A stretch of DNA of 60,162 nt from Burkholderiales bacterium (GTDB lineage Bacteria; Pseudomonadota; Gammaproteobacteria; Burkholderiales; Casimicrobiaceae), in NCBI GenBank assembly GCA_043757535.1, contig JAYVPF010000186.1, positions 1 to 60,162 of the forward strand, given 5' to 3'. Both the position numbers and the translations under genes were made by a program. Every line of letters starts with the position of its first letter. Positions within the stretch are counted from its first letter, which is position 1. A model generated the notes under the pieces. The model made no database searches. It was given only the letters and a program-made list of their open reading frames with translations, and was not told the DNA's origin. Shown one piece after another: positions 48,182 through 58,337 of this stretch.

Positions 48182-48847
48182 CTACGGTCGTTTTGGCATT
48201 GGCGCGGCGCGCAACTCCTGTTTTTCGACCTTAGCGCTCTTATCGACCCGCAGCAACGCGATCATGTCAGCGCCGATGAATTTTTCTACGAACGCGCGGT
48301 GCAGAACAATCCAGACGGCGAGCGCGGTAACCGGCGGCATGATCAGCGTGGAGAATTGGTAGAGGTAGGCGATGACCTCCAACTGCCACGGCGACCAGCC
48401 CGCTTGCTCGACCACGCCGGGGCCGCTGCTTAAGAGGATTTGCTTCATGCCAGCGGCGAACACAGCGAGCATCTGTAGTGGCAGCAACGCGAGCCAGCCG
48501 TACCAGAGATTGCGCCAGCGCTTTGGATGCCACGCGGCTAGCGTGAGCGCGGCCATAAGCGCTGCGCCGTAGCTGTACAGCCGCGCATCAACCTCCGCAC
48601 TGATGGTGGCACCCGGGCGAAAAGTTTGGCCCGATACGCTACCGGGTGAGAGATTGGTCAAAAACTCAAAGCCGTGCAACGTTTGCTGAACCGAGGTCAC
48701 AAATTCCGGCACGCCGAGCAAAGCCATACCCGACAGAAACCAGCGAATCGGCCAGTGCAATAGCGGCACGAGCACGTACCACGCCATGAACACTGGCGGC
48801 ACCCATAAGAGGATGCGCAGGAAGAAGCGACCGATCGTGGTGGGCAC
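48182..48847 (-). CDS. exosortase H-associated membrane protein
   Basis: Polytopic, YSYG and YQFSTLIMP motifs, directly downstream of the exosortase. Confidence 0.75.
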   Translation of the reverse strand: MPTTIGRFFLRILLWVPPVFMAWYVLVPLLHWPIRWFLSGMALLGVPEFVTSVQQTLHGFEFLTNLSPGSVSGQTFRPGATISAEVDARLYSYGAALMAALTLAAWHPKRWRNLWYGWLALLPLQMLAVFAAGMKQILLSSGPGVVEQAGWSPWQLEVIAYLYQFSTLIMPPVTALAVWIVLHRAFVEKFIGADMIALLRVDKSAKVEKQELRAAPMPKRP

Positions 48848-48863
48848 GGCGGTTCGGAAAGGC

Positions 48864-49439
48864 CTACGCAGCTACCGCCGTTGCCGGTGCAACGGGAGTC
48901 GGTGCGCCTGCGCCTGCGCCCGGTGTCGCGGCGTCATCCGACGGCGGCAGTCGACGCGTGGCGTCGCGATTAATCCGTCGCACCCAGATCAGCCACACGA
49001 TCAGCACGTCTAACATGATGAGCGCCTGCCAGATGTAGAGATGCGCCCATTCGAACGCGGTTATGTTCCATTGCCCGAGGTAGAACAAACTGATAATGCG
49101 CACCACATTCAGGCCCTGCACCGCGAGAAAACCGAGGCCGAGGCCCCACAGTTTTTGCTTCCACGTCGACGGGAATGCGAGGATGGCGGCGATCAAAACG
49201 AGCGTCGCTTCAATACCGTTGCAGCCTGCTTCGATGCTCACGGCAAAGCCATTGGTGGCGCTGCGCAGCACTTTGCCGGTTGCGACCGCGCTCGGGTCAA
49301 CCAGGGCGACCAGTTGCGCGCAAAAATGCGCGAGCCCGTTGGTCCATGGCTCGACGAAATAGTCCTGCCCCCACGGCGTGAGCTGCGCGCCGAAGAGCAC
49401 GCCCTGGATCACGAGGAAGAGGATGAGGAAGCGGGCCAT
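48864..49439 (-). CDS. xrtH: exosortase H
   Basis: FAVSIEAGCNGIEA (Cys), NVVRIISL (Arg), WAHLYIWQ (His). Confidence 0.88.
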   Translation of the reverse strand: MARFLILFLVIQGVLFGAQLTPWGQDYFVEPWTNGLAHFCAQLVALVDPSAVATGKVLRSATNGFAVSIEAGCNGIEATLVLIAAILAFPSTWKQKLWGLGLGFLAVQGLNVVRIISLFYLGQWNITAFEWAHLYIWQALIMLDVLIVWLIWVRRINRDATRRLPPSDDAATPGAGAGAPTPVAPATAVAA

Positions 49440-49570
49440 GGGAGTTACGAACTATAGCGCTCAGCGCCGTAGCGTCAAAAGACAATGCGTGAATCGTACC
49501 CGAAGCACGCAAAATACGAATTGCGATAAGCTTTTCGTAATTTCACCCAGTTCACACTCAAGGAGACACG

Positions 49571-49927
49571 ATGTCCCGACTTTGTACCCCAGAGAAAGCT
49601 TTGCTTGCGACGTTGGCGTTGTTCAGTGTGTTTGCGCTCAACGGTTGCGCGTCGATCATGCAGGATCAGAAGCGCGCGCTCCTGGATCGTAAATGTCAGG
49701 AGCGTGTGGTGACGATGTTGAACGCGGTGTCGCCGGTCATCGCGGAGTCAAATGCGCCGCAAAAATTTTGCACCTGCTTCACCGAGAAACTCGATATCGC
49801 GAAACTCGATACCGACATCGACAACGTGAAAGAGATTGGGCTTAATCCGGAGACGTTGCGCTTCGTGACCGAGTACATCCCGACGATTCGCGGTTGCGCT
49901 AAAGACACCGGGCTCTGGAAAAATTAG
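49571..49927 (+). CDS. hypothetical lipoprotein
   Basis: AGGAG RBS, lipobox LNGC, four further Cys. Confidence 0.75.
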   Translation: MSRLCTPEKALLATLALFSVFALNGCASIMQDQKRALLDRKCQERVVTMLNAVSPVIAESNAPQKFCTCFTEKLDIAKLDTDIDNVKEIGLNPETLRFVTEYIPTIRGCAKDTGLWKN

Positions 49928-49930
49928 CCG

Positions 49931-49964
49931 CGCTATTCGGCGCTATTCGGCGCTATTCGGCGCT
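49931..49964. repeat. (CGCTATTCGG)3 tandem repeat overlapping the TetR stop
   Basis: Read directly from the sequence. Confidence 0.9.
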
Positions 49965-50738
49965 CTGCAAGTTTCGCGTGCGCACTGTGCCGTTGGGGTG
50001 ACGTGCGTGGTGCGCGGCATCGGTTCGCGCAACAAATGATTGCGCCGCACTACGAATGCCGCTGACAATAAACGCGTGCAACTGCGGCGCGACGGCAGGA
50101 TCAGCGGCAACGTTCACGCCTTTCGACAGGCGACCGACCCGCTGATCGCTCAGGTAGTGCAGCAGCGCACCGAGCGAAAACTGAAAACACCAGGCCACCT
50201 GCGCTTGCGTCAAAGCGGGAAAATCCTCAGTCAGCGCGCCCTGCATCGCCTCGATAAATTCCGCAGCGAGCGGGTCGAAGTATTCGCGAATCGACTTGTC
50301 TTCCTCAATGCTTTGCTGGGTCAGGCCGCGCGCAACGAAGAGCGCGTACGACTGGCCCTCGGGCGTATCGCGCGACTGACTGACCGGCGTGATCAAGGCG
50401 TCGACGATGTTGGCCAGCGCATCGCCGGTTTGTCTGGCCACGGCAGCGCGCAGGCTGGCGTGACGCTGATCAATGGTGCCACTGAGGTGACCAAAAATGG
50501 CGTCGTACAGTTCCTGCTTCTGGCCGAAGTAGTAACCCACCAGCGCGAGCGGCACTTCTGCTTCGTGCGCGATCTGGCGAATGGTGACGGCGTGGTAGCC
50601 AAAGCGCGCGAACAGGCGCTGCGAAGCGTCGAGAATATTTTGCTTGCGATCAGGGCGCACCTTGGCACTGGCGTGAGCGCTGGCGAGCTTTGCGCCGATT
50701 CGGGTTTCGGGGATGGACTTCGTCAAAGGGTGCTCCAT
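49953..50738 (-). CDS. TetR/AcrR family transcriptional regulator; start uncertain
   Basis: RKQNILDASQRLFARFGYHAVTIRQIAHEAEVPLALVGYYFGQK. Confidence 0.9.
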   Translation of the reverse strand: MEHPLTKSIPETRIGAKLASAHASAKVRPDRKQNILDASQRLFARFGYHAVTIRQIAHEAEVPLALVGYYFGQKQELYDAIFGHLSGTIDQRHASLRAAVARQTGDALANIVDALITPVSQSRDTPEGQSYALFVARGLTQQSIEEDKSIREYFDPLAAEFIEAMQGALTEDFPALTQAQVAWCFQFSLGALLHYLSDQRVGRLSKGVNVAADPAVAPQLHAFIVSGIRSAAQSFVARTDAAHHARHPNGTVRTRNLQSAE

Positions 50739-50940
50739 TCGATTGATGCGGCGAAGCGGCACGGGATCGCCGTGCCACGCCTTGATGTCAAATCTTTACG
50801 GTGGGAAGAATATTTCACTGCCGCTATTTTCGCAGACCGTAGTGCCTGCTCATCGTCATTACGCACGCGCCCTCCCCGCATGCAGGCAAGCGTCGTGTCT
50901 TGGCGCTAAGCCAGTGGGAACATGCAGCGCGCGGGACTGC

Positions 50941-50987
50941 AAGGGTTTGCAAAGCTTTGCAAAGGGTTTGCAAAGCTTTGCAAAGGG
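50941..50987. repeat. 21-bp tandem duplication, each unit containing an 18-bp perfect palindrome
   Basis: (AAGGGTTTGCAAAGCTTTGCA)2 AAGGG. Confidence 0.9.
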
Positions 50988-51141
50988 CGGTCAAAGTTCA
51001 CGCGAAGTTCAAGCACGGGGCTTGCATTTGTCACAATTCGCTCCAGATCATTACATTGGCGGACTATTTTTTCGGGTCATCATGCCGCGCAGAACTCTGC
51101 TTAAAGCCATCACCAGCACCTTCTTCAACGGCATTATTGTC

Positions 51142-52011
51142 ATGACCCCCATCGCCTCGTCCGCCGCCACTGCAGTCGCCATGAGTGCGCTGAAAAAATC
51201 GCCGCGCATGCCAGTGCTGTTTGTCGGTCACGGCAGCCCGATGAACGCGATTGAGGACAACGCGTATCGCCGAAGCTGGCAAGCCCTGGGCGCGGAATTC
51301 GGTTCACATCCGGGTGCGACATATCCGCCGCCGCAACTGATCCTCTGCATCTCCGCCCACTGGCTCACGCGCGGCTGGCGCTTCACCGCGATGGACAAGC
51401 CTAAGACCATTCACGACTTCGGGGGGTTCCCGCAAGCGCTGTTTGATCAGCAGTATCCGGCACCGGGTGCCGCCGCCACCGTACAGGAAATTTCGCAATC
51501 GATTGCTACGCCAACCATTGGCCTCGACACCCACGAATGGGGGCTCGATCATGGCGCCTGGTCGGTGTTGAAACCCATGTTTCCGAATGCGGCTATTCCG
51601 GTGGTACAGCTCAGCATGGATTACGACCGTCCGCCGGCGGAGCACTTTGCGCTCGGTCGCGAGCTGGCGAAATTGCGCGAACTGGGCGTTTTGATCGTCG
51701 GCAGCGGAAACGTCGTGCATAACCTGCGCGCCATGCGCTTGAATGGGCCTGCAGGGCAGCCTTATGACTGGGCGAGGGAGTTTGACGCAGTGATCGCCAA
51801 TCACGTCGCACAGGGCCGTTTAACTGCGTTGCCGGACTTTCAGAAACTCGGGCAGGTCGCACAGATGGCGCACCCGACGTTTGAGCATTACCTGCCGCTA
51901 TTGCATGCCGCCGGCGCCGCGAGCGCTGCGCCGTCGAAAGCAGCGCCGCGTTTCTTCAACGCCGATTTTCAGGGCGCGTCGATCTCGATGCGATCAGTGA
52001 TCTGGAGCTGA
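51142..52011 (+). CDS. ygiD: 4,5-DOPA-extradiol-dioxygenase-like (LigB family); alternative starts 51082 and 51181
   Basis: LFVGHGSPMNA, ISAHW, IHDFGGFP, GLDHGAW, GSGNVVHNL, AHPTFEHYLPL. Confidence 0.9.
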   Translation: MTPIASSAATAVAMSALKKSPRMPVLFVGHGSPMNAIEDNAYRRSWQALGAEFGSHPGATYPPPQLILCISAHWLTRGWRFTAMDKPKTIHDFGGFPQALFDQQYPAPGAAATVQEISQSIATPTIGLDTHEWGLDHGAWSVLKPMFPNAAIPVVQLSMDYDRPPAEHFALGRELAKLRELGVLIVGSGNVVHNLRAMRLNGPAGQPYDWAREFDAVIANHVAQGRLTALPDFQKLGQVAQMAHPTFEHYLPLLHAAGAASAAPSKAAPRFFNADFQGASISMRSVIWS

Positions 52012-52027
52012 ATTTGGACGCTTCACG

Positions 52028-52118
52028 GTAGGGTGTGCATCAGAATGCGCACCGTTGTCGCAGCTATCCATGCAGTGACCGTACGAGCCGACGGCGGGCA
52101 CTTTGGTGCACGCCCTGC
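52028..52118. repeat. degenerate GTAG-type REP doublet
   Basis: GTAGGGTGTGCATCAGAATGCGCACC ... GTGCACGCCCTGC. Confidence 0.6.
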
Positions 52119-52137
52119 GACAACAATTGTAATCAAT

Positions 52138-52253
52138 CAGCTTTGTCGTGAAATGACCTTTGCATAGGGGCTTGCGGCCCATATTTTCCAATATCGACAA
52201 ACGCCAAAATACCGCACTAGCCCCGATAAAAAGGTGCTTCCAGCGAAAAGTTG
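52138..52253. repeat. 116-bp dyad element, copy E
   Basis: CAGCTTT...GGGGCTT-N20-TCGA(52194-52197)-N20-TAGCCCC...AAAAGTTG. Confidence 0.9.
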
Positions 52254-52260
52254 CTACTCA

Positions 52261-52875
52261 CTAACCGTTCACCAACTTCGACAAGTCTTTGGCAATCGCG
52301 TCCGCACCCGCCTCGTGCCGGATCATCAGGCGAATGCGGCCTTGCGGGTCAAACGCGTACATCTGCGTTGAGTGATCGACCAGGTAGGTGAATTCGCTTT
52401 TCACCTGCGATTTTTGGTAGATGATCTTGAACTCTTTGGCGACCGCCGCCGTTTGCTCATCGGTGCCGTAAAGCGCGGCAAAATTCGGGTTGAACGCCTT
52501 CACGTAGTCGGTCAAAACTTTCGGCTTGTCGCGCGCTGGATCGACGGTAACGAATACCACCTGCACCTTCGCGGCGTCCTCTGGTTTCATCTTGCCAAGC
52601 GCATCGTTTAGCGTCGTCATCGTCGTCGGGCAATAGTCCGGGCAGAACATGTAGCCGAAGAAAAATACGGTTGCCTTGCCTTTGAAACTCTCCAGCGTGC
52701 GCGGCTCTTTCGTCGCGGAATCGCTGAGCGCGAGCGTCTTGCCAAACGCCGCGCCAGTGATGTCGGTAGCAGCGAATTTGACAACGGATTTGTCGTTGCT
52801 GCAGGCAGCAAGCGCTAAAGCGGAACTCACGGCCACGAGCCACGTCCACTGGCCAGAGCGCGCCGGCAAACCCAT
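52261..52875 (-). CDS. SCO family lipoprotein; alternative start 52926
   Basis: LAAC lipobox, FGYMFCPDYCP, VTVDPARD, YLVDHS. Confidence 0.92.
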   Translation of the reverse strand: MGLPARSGQWTWLVAVSSALALAACSNDKSVVKFAATDITGAAFGKTLALSDSATKEPRTLESFKGKATVFFFGYMFCPDYCPTTMTTLNDALGKMKPEDAAKVQVVFVTVDPARDKPKVLTDYVKAFNPNFAALYGTDEQTAAVAKEFKIIYQKSQVKSEFTYLVDHSTQMYAFDPQGRIRLMIRHEAGADAIAKDLSKLVNG

Positions 52876-52878
52876 GAC

Positions 52879-52974
52879 GTCATTCTCGCGCAAGCGGGAA
52901 TCCAGAGAGTTGGCGGTGCGAATCATGGGTGCAAAGCGAGAGGGGTACTGGATCCCCGCTGTAGCGAGGATGAC
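52879..52974. repeat. GTCAT...GGATCCAG-type inverted doublet
   Basis: GTCATTCTCGCGCAAGCGGGAATCCAG ... CTGGATCCCCGCTGTAGCGAGGATGAC. Confidence 0.8.
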
Positions 52975-52995
52975 GGCAATAGAGAATCGTACAAA

Positions 52996-53454
52996 CTAGT
53001 GCTTATGTTCACTGTGATCATGCGCGCCCGGCTTCTCGGCCGTCACCTGCACGGTGATCTCGCCAGCTTTTTCAAACTTGAGCGTGAGTGGAAATTTGGT
53101 ACCTTCCTTCAAGCCGTCCGCGATGCCGATCAGCATGATGTGGTAGCCGCCGGGCGTCAATTCAGCTTTGCCGTTGGCGGGAATATCGAGCCCCTTGATC
53201 TCGCGCATCTTCATCACACCAGCCTCGGTGATCATGCTGTGGATCTGGATTTCTTTGGCGACACCGCCCGACACGCTGATCAATTTGTCCGCCGCGCCTT
53301 TATTGCTAAACGACATGAACGCCGCCGAATTTTTCACCGCACTGGGCGTCGCGCGCGCCCAAGGATGATCGATGCTGATCGCGCCGATTTTGGCGTCCTC
53401 GGCGAAGGATGCCGCTGCGAACGTTGCAACGAGAAGTAGAGTTAATTTTTTCAT
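52996..53454 (-). CDS. copper chaperone PCu(A)C
   Basis: PWARAT, IHSM..GVMKM, LTPGGYHIML. Confidence 0.92.
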   Translation of the reverse strand: MKKLTLLLVATFAAASFAEDAKIGAISIDHPWARATPSAVKNSAAFMSFSNKGAADKLISVSGGVAKEIQIHSMITEAGVMKMREIKGLDIPANGKAELTPGGYHIMLIGIADGLKEGTKFPLTLKFEKAGEITVQVTAEKPGAHDHSEHKH

Positions 53455-53557
53455 GCCGTAATTTTAGGGGGTATTAAGCGCGAGGGAACCCGAGTCATCG
53501 TCTGACTCAGCAGCAAACGAGCAGTTCCCGCGCACAGAATCCGTCGGGCGTGCACCG

Positions 53558-53628
53558 GTAGGGCAGGCACTGCCAGCCGTCGTGCCCGTCCGCGAAGCGC
53601 GAAAGGCGGCGGGCAGCGCCCGCCCTAC
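53558..53628. repeat. GTAG-type REP doublet
   Basis: GTAGGGCAGGCACTGCC ... GGCGGGCAGCGCCCGCCCTAC. Confidence 0.8.
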
Positions 53629-53632
53629 TGGA

Positions 53633-55105
53633 TCACGGCACCATCAAATTCACACTCTGCGTACTAAACCGTGAAAGGTTCGGGAAGATCGTCGCCAACT
53701 CACTCGGCGACGCGCCAAGCCAGCTTGCTAGCGTCGCAGCGTAAGCCTCCGATGCGACCGCAGGCAGCAAGCGTCCTTCACCAACATCAGTCGCTGTGTT
53801 CAATGCCACCGTCGGAAATGTGCCAGCAAAGCGCCCGCCGTTCACCGCGCCACCCAGCACCAGATGATGCCCGCCCCAGCCGTGATCAGAACCCTGCCCG
53901 TTAGAGCGCAGGGTGCGACCGAAATCGCTCATCGTCATTGTTGTGACATTGCTCGCAACACCCATCGACGACGTCGCGCGATAGAACGCGTTGAGCGCGC
54001 CGTCGAGTTGACTCAGCAAATCGAAATGTTTGCCCGAGAGCAACGTCTTGTTGCCACTCACGGCGTCACGACCGAACTGATCGCCATGGTTGTCAAAGCC
54101 ACCGAGCGACACGAAGAAAATCTGCCGCGTGACGCCGAGTGCCTGCCTTGCAGCGATCATCGCGGCGACCGAAAGCAATTGCGCAGCGAGACGATTGGTC
54201 GTCGGCCAGGTGCCGGGCACGGCGTTCTTCAGCGTGTACGTCGTGCCCGACGTGTTGTACATCGCGTTCGTGACAAATGCGCCGACATCTAGCGAGGCTT
54301 TATTCACATTCGCGTATTGCTGCTCCAGCAGATTGCCGCGCATTTCGTTGTTGTTATTGACGAACACGTCCTGCGGATAGCGATTGACGCCGCTGCCCGT
54401 CCAGTTCCATGAAATGTCAGCCATCGCGGTGTTGGCAATGCGTGAGGAGGGATCGATCACGCCGCTTGCATACTGCACGGGCTTGACTGTGTACGAGGTG
54501 ACGATGTCGCTCTTCATGAAAATATTGCCGCCGCCCAAACCCGTGGACACGGGCAGCAAGCCGGACGATGCACTGCGGAACACGTCCGCCATGCGCCCAC
54601 CCCAGCCAGTGTCGGCCGGCACGTCCGGGCGCATCGTCTGCCAGTGCATCTGCATGTCGGAATGCGAGAAAAGCTGCGGCGGCAGTGGCACGCTACGGGC
54701 CTGGTATTGGGCGAGCGTGGTCGGTGCCAGGAGCGGCCCGGCATTGGGCACAACCGCGAGTTTTTTGTCCGCGTTAAACAGGGTGGCGAGGTTGGTCATC
54801 GCGGGATGCAAGCCGAAACTATTCGCAGCCAAACCCGTTGGCGAAATCGGCAGCAACGAGCCGAGCGGAAGCGCAAGCCCGTTCGCTTCGGCCAGCCCGC
54901 CGCGCGCCGAAGAATAGGCGTTGTACTCCGCGCCGGTGATCGGCACAATCATGTTCTGGCTGTCATTACCGCCGAACAGGAAGACGCACACGAGCGCCTT
55001 GTAGCCCGACGTGTCGGCCGCGTCGGCGGAGGAAATTGAAAACGGAGGCAGCAGCGGCGTTGCGGCGAGACTGGCAGCGGACTGGATAAAGTGGCGACGA
55101 TTCAT
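53633..55105 (-). CDS. DUF1501 family protein with Tat signal
   Basis: MNRRHFI, YKALVCVFLFGGND, LFSHSD, GWGGR, SDFGRTL, GSDHGWGG. Confidence 0.9.
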   Translation of the reverse strand: MNRRHFIQSAASLAATPLLPPFSISSADAADTSGYKALVCVFLFGGNDSQNMIVPITGAEYNAYSSARGGLAEANGLALPLGSLLPISPTGLAANSFGLHPAMTNLATLFNADKKLAVVPNAGPLLAPTTLAQYQARSVPLPPQLFSHSDMQMHWQTMRPDVPADTGWGGRMADVFRSASSGLLPVSTGLGGGNIFMKSDIVTSYTVKPVQYASGVIDPSSRIANTAMADISWNWTGSGVNRYPQDVFVNNNNEMRGNLLEQQYANVNKASLDVGAFVTNAMYNTSGTTYTLKNAVPGTWPTTNRLAAQLLSVAAMIAARQALGVTRQIFFVSLGGFDNHGDQFGRDAVSGNKTLLSGKHFDLLSQLDGALNAFYRATSSMGVASNVTTMTMSDFGRTLRSNGQGSDHGWGGHHLVLGGAVNGGRFAGTFPTVALNTATDVGEGRLLPAVASEAYAATLASWLGASPSELATIFPNLSRFSTQSVNLMVP

Positions 55106-55117
55106 CCTGCTTGGCTC

Positions 55118-57274
55118 CTAGCGCTGAATGGCGTAATCGGCCGAGTTGATGATCTGCCACATAACCGCTCGGAAGCGATCATTGCGCTGCGCGGGGTAAT
55201 CAATCGCGGTGTAAGCCGGAGGCAGTGTGCGCACGATGTTCGTGGCCATCGAAACCAGATTCGCCTTGAACGTCGCCTTCAGATTGTTCGCCGTCAGCAA
55301 CAGGTCCAGTTCGTCCACCAACGCCTGCGGATTGTCGGCAACCGCTACGCCTGCGGCGCCCTGCAAATAGCGGTCGTAGTTTGGTTTGATCCACTTCGGA
55401 TCGCCGTCGTACGAACGGAATCCACCGACCACGCCCCACTTCGCAAAGTCAGCGAAACCAGCGACCGTCGACGTCGACGTGATCTCAAATTCAGGCCCCA
55501 AAAGATAGGCCGACGCCATCGCGCCCGCAGGTTCAAAGTCCGGCGAGTAGTAGTTAAATACCGACGGTGCCTGCAACGCAGACTGACCCAGTGTGTCGGA
55601 ATCGCTCGTGTTCCACACCTCGTAGTAGCCGCCACTAGCCACCGCGCCGAACGCCCGGTGCAGTTGGATAAATTTGATGACAGGCTCACGCAATTTTCCG
55701 TAAATATTACTGCCCGCAACGTAGTTGTCGCGCGCCTCAACGTCGGTAAGTATCGCCCGGATTACCGCCTTCATGTCGCCGCGCATGCCTGTGCCGTTAT
55801 TGTTGAACGCGGCGGTCACGCGGCCTACATACGCGCTACTCGGGTTGCTCGTTACGAGCCGCATGATGAGCTGCTTGCCGATGAACGGGCCGACATTCGG
55901 GTGATTGAAAATGTTGTCAATCGCGTTTTCGATATCGAGCTGTGCGCTTTGATTGGCGGGCAGCGCTGCGTACGGCGCGCCACTGTACTGCAGCAGCGTT
56001 TTCGCGCCCGTGTGATGCGGCGGCGGATACGAGCGCAACGGATCAGACGCCGCGCACCACGTTGCCGTGCCCGCGGGCCAATGCCCGTCCTGCGGACACC
56101 GTCGTCCGGCCCAGGGCTTCATTGGTTGGGTCCAGTCCTCAATCGGCCAGTAAAAACGCCACGGCTCCGTTGCCTCCGGCTGATCATGAAAATGCCAACC
56201 CGTAAACGCTTTAGCGAAGCCCTGCACTACCTCCTCCGTGTAGGTCGGAATCATATTGCCCGTGGTGTCCCATTTCGGCGTGCCATCGTCGTTCAACATC
56301 ACGGTGCCAACCGAGAATAGCTGCAACAACTCACGCGCATAATTTTCGTTCGGACTCTCCTGCGCACTGCCCAACATATCGAGATAAACACCCATCGCCG
56401 GGTGCAGCGTTACGTCACGCAACAGCGTACGGAAATTGCCGAAGGCATGCACGCCGAGCATGTCCATGTAGTTCGGCACGCCGGTACCCGCGTCGAGCAG
56501 GCGGTTGTTGCCAATGGACACCACCAGAATCTGCATCAGCGCATTGACCATGCGCTGGCGCAGTTGATCGTTGCCCTCAAACGCCTGCTTGTAAAACGCC
56601 GGCACGTTCACCGCCCACGGACAGCCGTTGCTGTCGGTGCAGCCGTTCGCGCCGCTCTTGTTCGCGGCGATCAGGCCTGCTGCGTAGGTCGTGTATGAGG
56701 CGGCAGGCGCGCTGAACTGCTCGTTGAGCCACGCGTTGGTGCCGATGCCCTGCACGCGATTAATCTCGGTGAGCGATGCGCCCCAGGTGCCCTGCTGCAA
56801 CAGGCGCGCTGCGTCTTTCGCCAAGAAGCTACCCAGCGTGGGTGCAGGACAACCGGCGTTCATGAACGCTTCAATGGCTGCAGCAGTTTTCCGCAGCGCA
56901 TTCGGCGCGAACACAATCCCGCTCAGCCAGGCGCTCGACGTGAACCCGGACAAGTAGCGAGCGATGATCAACGCATCCGTCGCGTTGAACACGCCATCGC
57001 CATCCACATCGAGTCGCGAAAGATTGGAACTGATCACGGCCTCCACACTCGTCAGGTTCGCCGCCGAAACCTTGTTGATCATCGGCGCGCCCCGCAGGCC
57101 CACCGCGTACCGAAGCAGCAGCATGCCGTCCACCGAGAATTTCGGCGCGCCGGAAGCGCCCGTCATGTTGAACGGACAGTTAGCGATTTGCGCCGTAGAA
57201 ACGCCGGGCAGCGCAAGAACGGCAGCGCAAAACAGTCCCAACATCCACGCCCGCAAACGCAGCGATTGCATCAT
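55118..57274 (-). CDS. DUF1800 family protein with N-terminal dockerin/EF-hand-like domain
   Basis: DQLRQRM, FGNFRTLL..VTLHPAMGVYL, PNENYARELLQLFSVG, TSNPS, GKLREP; N-terminal LDVDGDG..ATDALIIARY. Confidence 0.9.
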   Translation of the reverse strand: MMQSLRLRAWMLGLFCAAVLALPGVSTAQIANCPFNMTGASGAPKFSVDGMLLLRYAVGLRGAPMINKVSAANLTSVEAVISSNLSRLDVDGDGVFNATDALIIARYLSGFTSSAWLSGIVFAPNALRKTAAAIEAFMNAGCPAPTLGSFLAKDAARLLQQGTWGASLTEINRVQGIGTNAWLNEQFSAPAASYTTYAAGLIAANKSGANGCTDSNGCPWAVNVPAFYKQAFEGNDQLRQRMVNALMQILVVSIGNNRLLDAGTGVPNYMDMLGVHAFGNFRTLLRDVTLHPAMGVYLDMLGSAQESPNENYARELLQLFSVGTVMLNDDGTPKWDTTGNMIPTYTEEVVQGFAKAFTGWHFHDQPEATEPWRFYWPIEDWTQPMKPWAGRRCPQDGHWPAGTATWCAASDPLRSYPPPHHTGAKTLLQYSGAPYAALPANQSAQLDIENAIDNIFNHPNVGPFIGKQLIMRLVTSNPSSAYVGRVTAAFNNNGTGMRGDMKAVIRAILTDVEARDNYVAGSNIYGKLREPVIKFIQLHRAFGAVASGGYYEVWNTSDSDTLGQSALQAPSVFNYYSPDFEPAGAMASAYLLGPEFEITSTSTVAGFADFAKWGVVGGFRSYDGDPKWIKPNYDRYLQGAAGVAVADNPQALVDELDLLLTANNLKATFKANLVSMATNIVRTLPPAYTAIDYPAQRNDRFRAVMWQIINSADYAIQR

Positions 57275-57429
57275 CAAAATCTTCACGTAGCCCTCAATCG
57301 CCCGACGCCGAGCGCCAAGGTTTACATCCCCCAACCGAAGAATAACGTATGCCATGACATTGGCATAGCGCCCGCTGTCGTCGGCGCATGGCGCGCTACA
57401 CCGCATCACCACTCAAATCGTGAAATATC

Positions 57430-57501
57430 GTAGGGTGGGTTTTCAACCCACCACAAATTGATACCGAGCCAGTTGGAACAGCGCGGCGAACCGCACCCAA
57501 C
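57430..57501. repeat. degenerate GTAG-type REP doublet
   Basis: GTAGGGTGGGTTTTCAACCCACC ... CCGCACCCAAC. Confidence 0.6.
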
Positions 57502-57504
57502 GAT

Positions 57505-57990
<486 letters not shown>

Positions 57991-58088
57991 GAGCAGATTA
58001 TCTTCGTTCGTAAACGGTAGGTAGCGATCCTATTGCACCCAAATTGGTATCAGCCAATGATACGGCGCGGTGAACCGTACCGTACAAC

Positions 58089-58337
58089 TTATGCGGCTTT
58101 ACGCGTCGCTTTCGCTCGCGTCACCGTTCGGGGTTTGGACGTCGCGAGAATCGCCGACCGCAAAAACGCATTCACTGCGTCAGACGATTTAAAAACTGCT
58201 GCTACGTCCGGTTGCAGAACCACTGCCGACGTGTCGGCCAGTTTCGACGCGAACCGATTCGGTTTCGCCTTAGAGTAGTCGAGTGAGTATTCAGCACGCA
58301 TTTCGTCTGCTGGTGGCGCTGTTTTAGGTTTGCTCAT
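58089..58337 (-). CDS. BrnA-like antitoxin
   Basis: DEMRAEY.LDYSKAKPNRFA, LQPDVAAVF..SDAVNAFLR; overlaps BrnT stop. Confidence 0.78.
   Translation of the reverse strand: MSKPKTAPPADEMRAEYSLDYSKAKPNRFASKLADTSAVVLQPDVAAVFKSSDAVNAFLRSAILATSKPRTVTRAKATRKAA

Noticed and set aside
48182-49439. Exosortase H pair as a novel system
   Set aside because: Recognised family; no IPTL-CTERM-like substrate is visible in the window.
49931-49964. 10-bp triple repeat as a phase-variation switch
   Set aside because: Extra units lie beyond the TetR stop, so copy number does not alter either protein.
50713-51081. 432-aa version of ygiD
   Set aside because: Runs through the TetR 5' end and the tandem repeat; not protein-like.
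52116-52134. Third copy of the WYL palindrome (TGCGACA-N5-TGTAATC)
   Set aside because: Right half is poor, it overlaps a REP arm, and it lies between convergent gene ends.
55091-56320. Long antisense ORFs (also 11618-12427, 17435-18529, 50040-50909)
   Set aside because: Shadows of well-supported genes, expected in GC-rich DNA.
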